Below the pieces are notes generated by a model. It was not told the DNA's origin. It worked only from the letters and a program-made list of their open reading frames with translations, and ran no database searches. From Candidatus Micrarchaeota archaeon (lineage in GTDB: Archaea > Micrarchaeota > Micrarchaeia > Micrarchaeales > CABMGC01): a DNA stretch of 40,578 bases. The DNA is taken from assembly GCA_027319905.1 (NCBI GenBank), contig DAHVMJ010000005.1:1-40578 (forward strand), written 5' to 3'. Below are positions 17,419-26,704 of this stretch, in pieces. Made by a program: the position numbers and the translations under genes. Position 1 is the stretch's first letter; every line of letters begins with the position of its first letter.

Positions 17419-19485
17419 TCATCTGTTGAGCAGCATCGATACGTAGCAGTCTCCCATCACCGTGGAGTTGCCGCTGACGCTCAGCACCGTACCGTACAGG
17501 GAGTAGAGCCCCAGGTTGCTGTACGAGCTGTTAGTGAGTATTATGACCGGTATGTTGGCCTTCGCGTAGAAGTTCAGGCAGTCGTCCGCGCTGCTTGAGC
17601 TGTTGCCCACGAGGCACAATCCGTTGGAGAACTGCGCTATAGTGACCGTCTTGTTCTGCTCCGTGGCCTTCGTGCTTATCCTGCTCGCGCAGGAGGTCAT
17701 GTTGAGCGTCGTTGTGCCGTTGAGGGCTACGACCAGGTAGTGCGATGACACATACGCACCCTGGAACGCGCTGAACGGCGCGGACGTGTTGGCCCCGGAG
17801 AGCAGCGCGTATGTTATGATTATGTAGAGCACCACTATGCCGGCTACGGCAAGCAGCACCTTGCGCCAGTTCTGCGCCGTGCGCTTGTCAGCACGAAGCT
17901 TGTGGTGGAGCCCAAGGTATGAGCGGAAGAAGATCAGCGCGCCCAGTACGAACACGCCGATTATCAGCGAGAGTATCGTGCCCAGGAGCGGCGACATGCC
18001 AACGGCAGATGCATACGTGAGGCCAAATGACGAGGCCAGCCCACGGATGAACGGCGAGTCTATCGCGCGCGCCACCTCTGTGAACGTGATCGGAGAGGTC
18101 GAGTACTGCTTCACCTGAGCTGCCACAGCCTCCACCTGGGCGTCGAGCTTGGTGACATTGGTTATGCCCCCTGTGGAGATCTGGTCGTTTATCGCGAGCT
18201 GCGCGAGCGCGAGGTCGCTTATCTGCGAGGATAATCCGCTGCCGCTCGCCAGCTGGAGCTCAAGTATGCGCGCTGTGTTGTTCTTCGCTGCGCTGAGCAG
18301 GTCGCTGTACGTTGCGTTCAGGCTGGCATACACCGACTGCAGCGCCGCGTACTGGATAGCCAAGGTCCTGTTCGCCTTGGTAAGGTTGGAGTAGAAGTAG
18401 TTCGCTGTCGTGTTCCTGTACGTGCTTGTGAGCGCGTTGAGCTGGCTTCTCAGCGAGGAGTTGCTTATGTGGCCGAGGAGCTGCGTGCTGGAGTTCACCA
18501 GAGAGGAGTAGTCTGGTATGGTGCCGTTCAGTATGGAGTTGAGCACCGCAAGCCTCTTCTGCGAGAGTATCGGATACGCGAAGACGCTCTCGTTGGCGCT
18601 AACGTTCTCGGCCAGGGCGAAGATCTGCGAGTTAGAGAGCGGCAGCTTGTTTATGTTGCCCAGCAGTATGCTCAGGTAGGCGAGCTTGGTTGTGTTGTAG
18701 TTTACGTTGCCGCAGTAGCCTATGGCGTTGCAGTACCACGGGGCGACGCTCTGGTTGACATACGCTGAGCATCCGGCTATGACATTCGGCGTTATGTTGG
18801 CCGTGGGAGGAAATATGGGGTTGAGGTAGATGTTCTCGGTGAGGTTGGTTATGTTGGCGAAGGCGCTGCCCATCTGCGCCACCTTCTGCAGCACGTTCGA
18901 CCTGCTTATTCCAGAAGTGGAGGTATTGAATGCGTTAAAGCTTGCGTTGAGTGACGCATACTGGCCCTCAAACTGTGCTATCCCAGTGCCAAATATGCCA
19001 GCCGCGCCCCCGGTCTGGTCAAGCACCTTCTTGCAGTTGGGTATGAACTGGCAAGATTCACAGTAGTTAGCGACAGTACATGTGGCGCCAGAGCTTAAGC
19101 CCGTCTCGACCACACAGTCGTTTATGCTGCCGCTCCCAGACTGCTCGTAGAGCAGCATCTGGGCGTTGAGCTGGGTGAAGTTCGCCTGCGCGAGCGAGTC
19201 GTTTATCGTCTGGTTGCGTATTATGTTGTATATGGCAGTGGAGTTGAGCACCAGGGAGTAGTTGCCCGTGAGGTTGACTATGAAGTATGGGTTGCTGTAG
19301 TTGTACATGCCCAGGTACTGGTAGCCGTTGTAGCTTATGCTTACGGGGTGCACTATGGCGATAAGGGCGCCCGGTACGTTGTAGTTTGCGAGAAGCGCGT
19401 TTACGGCAGAGAGCGAGTAGGCGCTGGCCACCAGAGGCAGGGAGAGTGCTAGAATTGCGAAGACAATCACGGACGCGGCTCTCAT
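17419..19485 (-). CDS. Large Cys-rich surface glycoprotein (signal peptide, helical ectodomain, 2 TM, C-terminal 4-Cys domain)
   Basis: Signal peptide MRAASVIVFAILALSLPLVASA, Cys clusters, many sequons, two hydrophobic segments separated by a basic loop. Confidence 0.85.
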   Translation of the reverse strand: MRAASVIVFAILALSLPLVASAYSLSAVNALLANYNVPGALIAIVHPVSISYNGYQYLGMYNYSNPYFIVNLTGNYSLVLNSTAIYNIIRNQTINDSLAQANFTQLNAQMLLYEQSGSGSINDCVVETGLSSGATCTVANYCESCQFIPNCKKVLDQTGGAAGIFGTGIAQFEGQYASLNASFNAFNTSTSGISRSNVLQKVAQMGSAFANITNLTENIYLNPIFPPTANITPNVIAGCSAYVNQSVAPWYCNAIGYCGNVNYNTTKLAYLSILLGNINKLPLSNSQIFALAENVSANESVFAYPILSQKRLAVLNSILNGTIPDYSSLVNSSTQLLGHISNSSLRSQLNALTSTYRNTTANYFYSNLTKANRTLAIQYAALQSVYASLNATYSDLLSAAKNNTARILELQLASGSGLSSQISDLALAQLAINDQISTGGITNVTKLDAQVEAVAAQVKQYSTSPITFTEVARAIDSPFIRGLASSFGLTYASAVGMSPLLGTILSLIIGVFVLGALIFFRSYLGLHHKLRADKRTAQNWRKVLLAVAGIVVLYIIITYALLSGANTSAPFSAFQGAYVSSHYLVVALNGTTTLNMTSCASRISTKATEQNKTVTIAQFSNGLCLVGNSSSSADDCLNFYAKANIPVIILTNSSYSNLGLYSLYGTVLSVSGNSTVMGDCYVSMLLNR

Positions 19486-19590
19486 GCATTCACACTGGTC
19501 TGCGTTAATAATGAAGCCAAGACTTAAATACGTTGCTCACGAACGATTCTGCTTTTGCGACGTCATTTAGAAGCGCTTGCGCTGAAGGAA

Positions 19591-19633
19591 CACAAAACAA
19601 AAAAATAAGAAAAAGAGGGGCAAAACGCCCCTC
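19591..19633 (-). terminator. Hairpin plus U-tract terminator of the S-layer gene
   Basis: GAGGGGC-AAAAC-GCCCCTC (19615-19633), followed on the minus strand by TTTTTCTTATTTTTTTGTTTTG; about 30 nt past the S-layer stop. Confidence 0.8.
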
Positions 19634-19662
19634 CTTTCATCTGCTAATTGCTACTGTGCGGT

Positions 19663-22602
19663 CTATGACCCAGCCGAGCTCAGGAGCGCCTGGATGAACT
19701 GGTTGCCAGCCTGTACTGTCTGGTTGGCGTAGTATCCTGCTACCAGTATCCTGTTGCTTCCGAATGCCTGCGCGACCACGCTTCCCGGTCCGAAGCTTGA
19801 GTCCAAGCTCGGGTTCTGCGAGAAGATCTGCTGCGCCACGCTGTTGACGTACTTGCTTCCTACGACTATGAGCGTGCTTGCAGAGTTCGCGTTGCTGTCC
19901 AGCACTACCAGAGGCTGTGTAGCTGTGTTCAGCTTCACAGGGGTTGTTGCATTCTGGACCGTCGGTACGCCAGTCAGGTTACCCATGCCGCTTACGGTGC
20001 AGCCGCTTCCGGCTCCTGTCACAGTGCACTTCGCCGTTATGTTGGCGATCGTGACGTTAGGCAGGTTGGTGCTCTGGCCTATGCTGTAAGGTCCTACCGT
20101 CTTGCCCGAGCTGCTTGACACTGTGCTGTTCACAGTTCCAACTACGAACTGCAGCGAGTCTACGTTCTCTGCCATGTCGAACGCCAGATTCGTGGGTCCA
20201 ATGCTCGCGACCTTGCTGCCACGTTCAGAGATGAATCCCTGAGGCGCAAGTACCGAGTTGCCCTGGCTGCTTTGGTACGTAACGTTGTTGTGCGCATCCG
20301 TTGCCGAGTAGTTCAGGTAGAAGAGCGTTGTTGCCCCAACTCCAGCAGTTGAGTTCACTATGTTGAAAGCGAACTGGTCCTGCGAGCTAGACTGCGACGG
20401 CACGTTGATCTCGTTCATGGTGTACTGGAAGAAGCTGTTCTGGCTTCCAAAACTCACCGGGCTTGATGGCGCTGTCAGGTCGAACTTTGTCGTTGGCTGG
20501 CCGTTCTGTTGGTTGTAGGTCACGCTGGCTCCCGATGCGAGGCTCTGGTAGTTCTGTCCCGTCACAGTGTACATCACCTGAGGCTGTGACGTGGTTGACA
20601 GAGTCGCTAGAACGTTACCAGTTCCGCCTGTTCCAACCTGCGCCGTTATAGTCACTCCAGGTAGTGCCCTGTTCAGGGTTATTGATGTTATGTTGTAGAA
20701 CCTAGTACCTGTGGCGAACGTGCCGCTTGCACCAGAGAAGGTTGCAGTTGCCGTAGTCGGCGTGCCTGTGTTGCCATAGCCCTTTATCGTTGCAATCAAC
20801 TGGTATGTTGATGTAACGAACGGCGTTGCACCTGTGCCCATAGTGAGGACCGCATTCACAACTGCGTTTCCACCGACAGTAGTGCCGAGTCCGTTGGCTG
20901 TCTCAGCGAGCGCGTACGGAGTAAGGTCGTATGTGACCGTGCTGCCCGTGAAGCCACCGACAGTAAAGGCATCAGGTATGGTGCTTGTCACCACGAGCTC
21001 CTGCGCCGTCTCGTTTATGTTGTTTATGTTGCCGAGACCATTTCCTGTCGAACCAGGTGTGTTGGCGTAGTTTACCGAGCCTGCGTACTGCGATGCCACA
21101 GTCACGTGGTCGTAGTTGTTTCCGAGCGTGTCTCCCGCAAGAGTCACCTTGTAGGCCTTAGGGTCCTGTATGAAGGTGAAGCTCTGTCCGGAGGTCAGCA
21201 TCGTAGGCGTGCTGTTGTACAGGATTATGCCCGAGAGGTCCGATGGGGTATCTGTTGTCTTGTTGGTCCAGAGCAGGTAGACGTTCCATCCTGGGTTTGT
21301 GGTCTGGTTGAATACACCGCCAGATCCGCTGATGTTGTACACACCAGAGTACATCTGAATCTTGGCCCACTTCTGGTAGGCGTAGAGTCCTGCGAAGGTC
21401 TGGTTGACCTTAACGTACAGGTTTGATCCAGAGACGTTGTACTTGACAGTGTTGCCAGGGTAGATGGACGAGCTGTTGGTAAGAACGCCATTGTAGTAGA
21501 CGTTGATTGCCGCAGGGCTCACTCCACTCGTGCCAGCCTGTCCAAGGTCTGCAAGCTGTACAGTGAACGGACCGCTTGTCAGGTTCTTTCCTACATATAC
21601 TGTAGATAGAGGAACCAGAGATGCCGCAAGTCCAATCTTTCCTCCTGTGGTCGCAACCGTGGATGAGACTCCCGTAGTTGTGCCAGGCAGCGTTGCGCTG
21701 ACTATCGTCCAGTTCTGGCCAAGAAGGCTTATCTCGGCGTTGTTTATGCCGTTTGTTCCGACTGTTACTGATCCTCCTGATATGCCGCTGGATGAAGAGT
21801 GCACCCATGGCTCGTGTATAGGGTTGTTGAAGAGTACCTCATAGGCTCCACCAGCGTTGAGAACTGCGAAGTTCTTCACGCTAGGCGAAGAGGTCTGCTG
21901 ATCGTAGACAGGGAATCCTGTCAGGAACAGGTACTCGCTCTCTCCATGTGTTCCGGCGTTGCTCATGAGCGTAGGGAACTGGCTGTTTCCAATCACCATG
22001 AGGTTGTCTCCGCCAAGAGTGTTGGAGAATCCGTTGAATGCCATGCCGCCTCCGTTGTACGACGCCGTAGCCGACATAGAGGTAGGTACAGTTGTGCCTA
22101 TGTAAGGCGAGTCAGGAGGGCTGTTGGTCGTTGTGTACAGAGCCACGTCGTTCTGCGACGCATAGCCGCTAGCAAATGACTGCGGGGTCTTGGTGCTTAT
22201 AGGAGAACCAAGGGTTATTCCTCTGTTGAGCACGGATCCGATGAGTGCAGTGAAGCCGTAGCTTCCCGCAGGCGTCGATGTTCCGCTCTCTCCCAGGTAG
22301 ACCTGCTGGCCTGACACTGTGCACGTAGCCGTTGTTACAACGCAGCTCAGTCCGCCCTTCCCGGCGACTGTCGCTGTAACAGGTGTGGTTGTGAAGGCAA
22401 GGTTGCCTATCACCGCCGCGATGTTAGCAGCTACGACTCCGTCAGACGGCTGCGCCTGTGATCCTACGACCACCTGCACTACCGGCTGTCCGGCGCTGTT
22501 TATTATCGGTATGTTGCTAAAGGACACAGGTCCTGCAACTGCGAGTCCAAAAAGAAGGCTCGCTGCCAAAACTCCTATTCGCTTCGCGTTTAGTCTATTC
22601 AT
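19663..22602 (-). CDS. S-layer glycoprotein (Methanococcus/Thermococcus-type split N/C anchoring domain)
   Basis: Signal peptide, VVVGSQAQPSDGVVAANIAA (N-half), LIVVGSKYVNSVA...ILVAGY (C-half), 979 aa Thr/Ser/Gly/Asn-rich with many sequons, clear TATA box and terminator. Confidence 0.88.
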   Translation of the reverse strand: MNRLNAKRIGVLAASLLFGLAVAGPVSFSNIPIINSAGQPVVQVVVGSQAQPSDGVVAANIAAVIGNLAFTTTPVTATVAGKGGLSCVVTTATCTVSGQQVYLGESGTSTPAGSYGFTALIGSVLNRGITLGSPISTKTPQSFASGYASQNDVALYTTTNSPPDSPYIGTTVPTSMSATASYNGGGMAFNGFSNTLGGDNLMVIGNSQFPTLMSNAGTHGESEYLFLTGFPVYDQQTSSPSVKNFAVLNAGGAYEVLFNNPIHEPWVHSSSSGISGGSVTVGTNGINNAEISLLGQNWTIVSATLPGTTTGVSSTVATTGGKIGLAASLVPLSTVYVGKNLTSGPFTVQLADLGQAGTSGVSPAAINVYYNGVLTNSSSIYPGNTVKYNVSGSNLYVKVNQTFAGLYAYQKWAKIQMYSGVYNISGSGGVFNQTTNPGWNVYLLWTNKTTDTPSDLSGIILYNSTPTMLTSGQSFTFIQDPKAYKVTLAGDTLGNNYDHVTVASQYAGSVNYANTPGSTGNGLGNINNINETAQELVVTSTIPDAFTVGGFTGSTVTYDLTPYALAETANGLGTTVGGNAVVNAVLTMGTGATPFVTSTYQLIATIKGYGNTGTPTTATATFSGASGTFATGTRFYNITSITLNRALPGVTITAQVGTGGTGNVLATLSTTSQPQVMYTVTGQNYQSLASGASVTYNQQNGQPTTKFDLTAPSSPVSFGSQNSFFQYTMNEINVPSQSSSQDQFAFNIVNSTAGVGATTLFYLNYSATDAHNNVTYQSSQGNSVLAPQGFISERGSKVASIGPTNLAFDMAENVDSLQFVVGTVNSTVSSSSGKTVGPYSIGQSTNLPNVTIANITAKCTVTGAGSGCTVSGMGNLTGVPTVQNATTPVKLNTATQPLVVLDSNANSASTLIVVGSKYVNSVAQQIFSQNPSLDSSFGPGSVVAQAFGSNRILVAGYYANQTVQAGNQFIQALLSSAGS

Positions 22603-22641
22603 TTTCTCACTTAATGTTTGCTAAGTGGTATAACTATAAGC

Positions 22642-22653
22642 TATTTAAACCTT
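22642..22653 (-). promoter_or_regulatory. BRE/TATA promoter of the S-layer gene
   Basis: Minus strand AAGGTTTAAATA, about 40 nt upstream of the ATG; GTGAG site just before the start. Confidence 0.7.
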
Positions 22654-22801
22654 GCGCAATTGTGGCTCTCCGCGCCTTTGAAAGTTCGACAGTTGTTGTA
22701 TAGGGCTTCTTACATAGGCTAAGTCATTCGACGTAAGGCATAGCAGCACAGACGGCAGCCCTTTCCAAGTCCCTGCCCAAAAGCTCATGGATCCACGCTC
22801 C

Positions 22802-23075
22802 CTATATATAGTATATTACGCATCGAAGGTTGATAAAGGGATAGGAGAGGCGGCCCTATGAGACCGGTTATGGCCCTGCGTGCGTAGAGCAGGCCCAGAA
22901 AGTCCGCCGAGTATAAGTTCGAAAAGGCCACATTTGCGATGAATCCCTCTCATTGATGCTATCGAACAGAACGCATAACAGATACAAACCAGCGTTCCTA
23001 AACAGTCAGGTTTGGACGTCTCCGCACGCACTCTATATATAGTATTATTACGAATCTAAGGTTGATAAAAAGATC
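22802..23075. repeat. Two-copy ~42-bp direct repeat, period ~231 bp
   Basis: CTATATATAGTAT-ATTACGCATCGAAGGTTGATAAAGGGAT (from 22802) versus CTATATATAGTATTATTACGAATCTAAGGTTGATAAAAAGAT (from 23033). Confidence 0.85.
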
Positions 23076-23120
23076 AGTAGGCTCGGAAGCGATCTCAGAT
23101 ATAGCGTATGAGCGGATTGC

Positions 23121-23942
23121 ATGGGCAAATTAGTATCTATACTTATTCCGACTTTGAACTCAGAGCGGACTCTAGCAAGGTGCATAGATTCTGTGAAACG
23201 ACAGACCTACAAGAATATAGAGATAATAGTAGTTGATAGTTTCTCTAAGGATAGCACCATAGACATTGCCAAGCGATATGGCTGCAGGGTCATAAGAACT
23301 AAATGGAAGCTCCTTGGTGCCAGGTTCATCGGGACACAGAAGGCAAGAGGAAAGTTTGTGCTGATGCTCGATTCTGACCAGGAGCTTAGAGGAAATAGCG
23401 TCATCAGCAGGGCGGTTGACCTGATGAAAAGGTACGATATGTTAATCTTGGAGGAAAGCAGTTATGGAAAAAGGCTGCTCGACAAAATGGCTGATGCCGA
23501 TAGACAGCTGAGGCACCACCTTGAAATCCAGAAGGACCCAGTGGAGGGGACGCTACTGCCCAGGTTCTTCAGGAAAGAGGTTCTGGTGAGGGCGTTCAGG
23601 AGCATGGATATGGGAAGCCTACACGACGTGGTGATATTCGACCACGCAATCATATACTACGAGGCCTGCAAGGTATCTGACAGAGTCGGCATGCTCAAAG
23701 ATGCAGCATGGCACTTTGAACCGCAGGGACTTTTGGAGATATTTGAGCACAACTACAGGTACGGAGCTACCGCTCGGAAATTTGAAGGAATGGAGCGCTA
23801 CAGAGACCTGATTAAAAAAAAGGTAAGACCGAGGAAAGGCACGCTGGCTGCAGATAATGGCTCACTAGCAATACAAAGCGCAGCGTTACTGATGTTTAAG
23901 GGCATTGCTTACGGTCTAGGGTACCTCACAGGCAGAGAATGA
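23121..23942 (+). CDS. GT2 glycosyltransferase
   Basis: VSILIPTLNS, IIVVDSFSKDST, LMLDSD. Confidence 0.92.
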   Translation: MGKLVSILIPTLNSERTLARCIDSVKRQTYKNIEIIVVDSFSKDSTIDIAKRYGCRVIRTKWKLLGARFIGTQKARGKFVLMLDSDQELRGNSVISRAVDLMKRYDMLILEESSYGKRLLDKMADADRQLRHHLEIQKDPVEGTLLPRFFRKEVLVRAFRSMDMGSLHDVVIFDHAIIYYEACKVSDRVGMLKDAAWHFEPQGLLEIFEHNYRYGATARKFEGMERYRDLIKKKVRPRKGTLAADNGSLAIQSAALLMFKGIAYGLGYLTGRE

Positions 23943-23946
23943 TTGG

Positions 23947-24915
23947 ATGACAAATAACAAACTGGTTTCCGTAGTGATCCCGACCTGGAACCGGAGGGAG
24001 ATGGTTGTGCGTTGCATAGAGAGCGTGCTGCGCAGTGGCTACGAGAACATAGAAGTGCTGGTTGGCGAGGATCCTTCTAAAAATGAAGCGGAGCCTGAAA
24101 TCAGAAGAAAATATGGGAAAGACAGGAAGGTGAAGTATCTAAAAAACAAAAAGATGGCTTTAGTGGCAGCTACTGTCAACAAGCTCCTGAGGCTTTCAAA
24201 AGGTGAGTACATCTTTCTTCTAAACGACGACAACGTAATTGACAAGAGATGCGTGGAGGAGCTGGTCTCGAGTCTCAAAAGACACAAGGAAGTTGGAATT
24301 GTTGGGCCTCTGGCCTTCTACTACTCTCATCCCAAAATAATCATGCATGCGGGAACGGTCAGGAGCGGTTTCATGAGAGCGTTTACCTCTCCGCATGCGA
24401 ATGAGAAATGGCACGGCCAGATAAGAGAGGGTGATGTCGTGGATGATTTCGGCAATGCCTTCATGTTCAGGAGAGAAGCAATGCTGAAGGCTGGCATGTG
24501 GGACCTGCTTGTGCCCACCCAAGGCGAAGATGGCGATTTTGAGGCTCGCGTCAAGAAGGCAGGCTACGGTGTGATAATTAATCCTAGGGCGAAGACGTAT
24601 CACGATATACCTTATCTTCCCGTTTCAAACACCGTGTCGTTGTTCTTCCTGAGGGTTGACCAGGTTAGATTGTACAATGCGATGCACAGTAAGATACTGT
24701 ATGAATATAGATACGAAAGCACGATTAATAAACTGACGTTCACGCTTTCGTTGCCAGTCTATTACTCCTACTATGTGTATGCTATTATGAAAACCCCGAA
24801 CTACCACACCCTAGAAGATAAGCTACACCTTTTTGCTCTTCTGAACACAGGAATACTGAAGGGGTTCTGTGATGCGCTGTTTGCAAGAAACATGATAGAG
24901 TACATCAAGCGGTAG
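23947..24915 (+). CDS. GT2 glycosyltransferase
   Basis: VSVVIPTWNR, FLLNDD, GIVGP, GEDGDF...R motifs. Confidence 0.92.
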   Translation: MTNNKLVSVVIPTWNRREMVVRCIESVLRSGYENIEVLVGEDPSKNEAEPEIRRKYGKDRKVKYLKNKKMALVAATVNKLLRLSKGEYIFLLNDDNVIDKRCVEELVSSLKRHKEVGIVGPLAFYYSHPKIIMHAGTVRSGFMRAFTSPHANEKWHGQIREGDVVDDFGNAFMFRREAMLKAGMWDLLVPTQGEDGDFEARVKKAGYGVIINPRAKTYHDIPYLPVSNTVSLFFLRVDQVRLYNAMHSKILYEYRYESTINKLTFTLSLPVYYSYYVYAIMKTPNYHTLEDKLHLFALLNTGILKGFCDALFARNMIEYIKR

Positions 24916-24965
24916 TTGATGGCTAAAGTGATGCAATCTAAAGAATTGTATCGTGAGAGTGAATA

Positions 24966-26693
24966 TTAGCGGCTTTCAAGGTATTTCATCAAATAGTAAA
25001 AACCATCATCAAGTCTTGTGGGCTCCGTGGTATTCTTGAGGTACTTTATAGTTATATCATCAAAACTTTTCACTCTATGTAGCTGCGTCTCTCTTGCCTG
25101 ATAGTTATCGATAGATACTATTGGGACATTAAGTTGCATAGGAAACCTCATAGCCCCAGATGAGGTAAACGTGTTTTCCTGTGCAAATAATATATGCGTA
25201 CACACGCTGAGCTCGCTCAACGCCTTCTCTCGATTGAAGCTATTTATTATCTTTATCTTATTAGACCCATATTTGTTTCTGAGTCTTCGTATCTCAGCCA
25301 GCCCCTCTTCCTCAACCTCCCCGGAGACGTTAGATACGCCCAGGACTATGACTGCCTTTATTCCAAGTCTTTTGGCAAGATTACAAATTTTGTCTACGTT
25401 CTTTGCACGGGTAGCAAATCCAAATGTGCCTATGCAAAGACCCTTCTTGATTTTCTTTTTAAATCTGATATATGGATATTTGATGTGGGGCATTATTGTA
25501 TATCTTTTGAACATGCCTTCAACGAGTTCGTTATTAAAAACTAAGAGAGGGTGTTTATCACTTAACTTCGATTGTCTTTCATTCATAGATAAAAAGTTTT
25601 TTACGCTATGCAAAGGATGCCGCCAGACTGGGGATTTGATGGTGAATATGCTCATTATTGTCTGTATCTTATTCTGCATGTTTGGAAAGGTGTGCAACTC
25701 TATTATCACGTTTTTATCATTTGGGAGTCGGGCTTCCTTCATTCCAGACTCGAACTGCAGTATTGTCGGATATTTGTTTTTGATCGCCTCGAGATGTTTG
25801 AACAAGTTCACTCTTACACCCACTTCATCGAATCTTTGAGCGAGAGCATAAGAGTACTCGCTTATTCCATCTTTCAATCCAAGGCTTGCGCACACTATAT
25901 TTACCTCTTTTATAACACGTATCTTCATCACTTTTTTAAGCCTGAGAGTAATCTGTAGAAATGCATAATCCTTGTTTATTGCTGAGCTGTGTATGGGTGC
26001 CCCTTTCTGTTTGGGCAGTTTGCTATTTTTGTCGTAAAGCTCGAACCCGATTTTTTGGGCATAGTTTATTATCTCATTTATCTCTTTTGCATTGAAGATG
26101 TGCCATCGCTTTTTGAATGCAGTATGCTTGCCGGTATCTATGCGAGTCTCGTTGTAGTCAGTAGTAATAAACAGGATTCCGTTGTTCTTTAGCAAGCGTT
26201 TTGCTTCTTTTAAGAATGACTTGAAATAGTTTACACCATCACCGTGCTCTATTGCGCTTATCGAGAGCACAGCATCGAACATGTTTGATGGAAAATGGGT
26301 ATCAAGCATATCGCCATACATATATTTTATACGCCATGAGAAGGGCATATTAAGTATGTCTCTGTTGAGATCTATGCCATAAAGATGTTGGAAGCCGAGT
26401 TCAGAAAGGTACCATAAACTTGCATCTTTATATGCTCCTAGATTGGCTATGTGCGCCGATTTACCAAAATTTTTCTGGATTATCTCCAAGGCCAATAAAT
26501 AATCGCAGCCTTTCAGTCTGTCCTGAACTCTTATTACGCCCTCGCGATCGGGATTTAAGAATGATGTCATTTTCTTTGTCTTAATATCTGAAAACCTAGA
26601 ATCGAGCTCCTTATTGCTTGCATTTATCTCACTGACATTGTCTATAATTCTTATCATATAGCTATCACTCCTTTTCAAAGCGACGTCCGGCAT
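24966..26693 (-). CDS. Fusion: class I SAM methyltransferase plus GT-B (GT4-like) domain
   Basis: NLGA, YGIDL, GDMLDTHFPSNMFDAVLSISAIEH, LLKNNGILFITTD; then GISEYS..L, GTFGF..KN, SSGA. Confidence 0.75.
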   Translation of the reverse strand: MPDVALKRSDSYMIRIIDNVSEINASNKELDSRFSDIKTKKMTSFLNPDREGVIRVQDRLKGCDYLLALEIIQKNFGKSAHIANLGAYKDASLWYLSELGFQHLYGIDLNRDILNMPFSWRIKYMYGDMLDTHFPSNMFDAVLSISAIEHGDGVNYFKSFLKEAKRLLKNNGILFITTDYNETRIDTGKHTAFKKRWHIFNAKEINEIINYAQKIGFELYDKNSKLPKQKGAPIHSSAINKDYAFLQITLRLKKVMKIRVIKEVNIVCASLGLKDGISEYSYALAQRFDEVGVRVNLFKHLEAIKNKYPTILQFESGMKEARLPNDKNVIIELHTFPNMQNKIQTIMSIFTIKSPVWRHPLHSVKNFLSMNERQSKLSDKHPLLVFNNELVEGMFKRYTIMPHIKYPYIRFKKKIKKGLCIGTFGFATRAKNVDKICNLAKRLGIKAVIVLGVSNVSGEVEEEGLAEIRRLRNKYGSNKIKIINSFNREKALSELSVCTHILFAQENTFTSSGAMRFPMQLNVPIVSIDNYQARETQLHRVKSFDDITIKYLKNTTEPTRLDDGFYYLMKYLESR

Positions 26694-26704
26694 CCACTAA
26701 TCAT

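Noticed and set aside
22816-23031. 71-aa minus-strand Cys-containing ORF
   Set aside because: No recognisable motif; it runs into the repeat, and the corresponding frame in the other duplication unit contains an early stop.
22802-23075. Possible CRISPR or mini-array
   Set aside because: Only two imperfect copies about 190 bp apart, and no cas genes; the repeat looks promoter-like.
25171-25839. 222-aa plus-strand ORF in the AT-rich island
   Set aside because: Antisense to the MTase-GT-B gene, whose frame is confirmed by its paralog.
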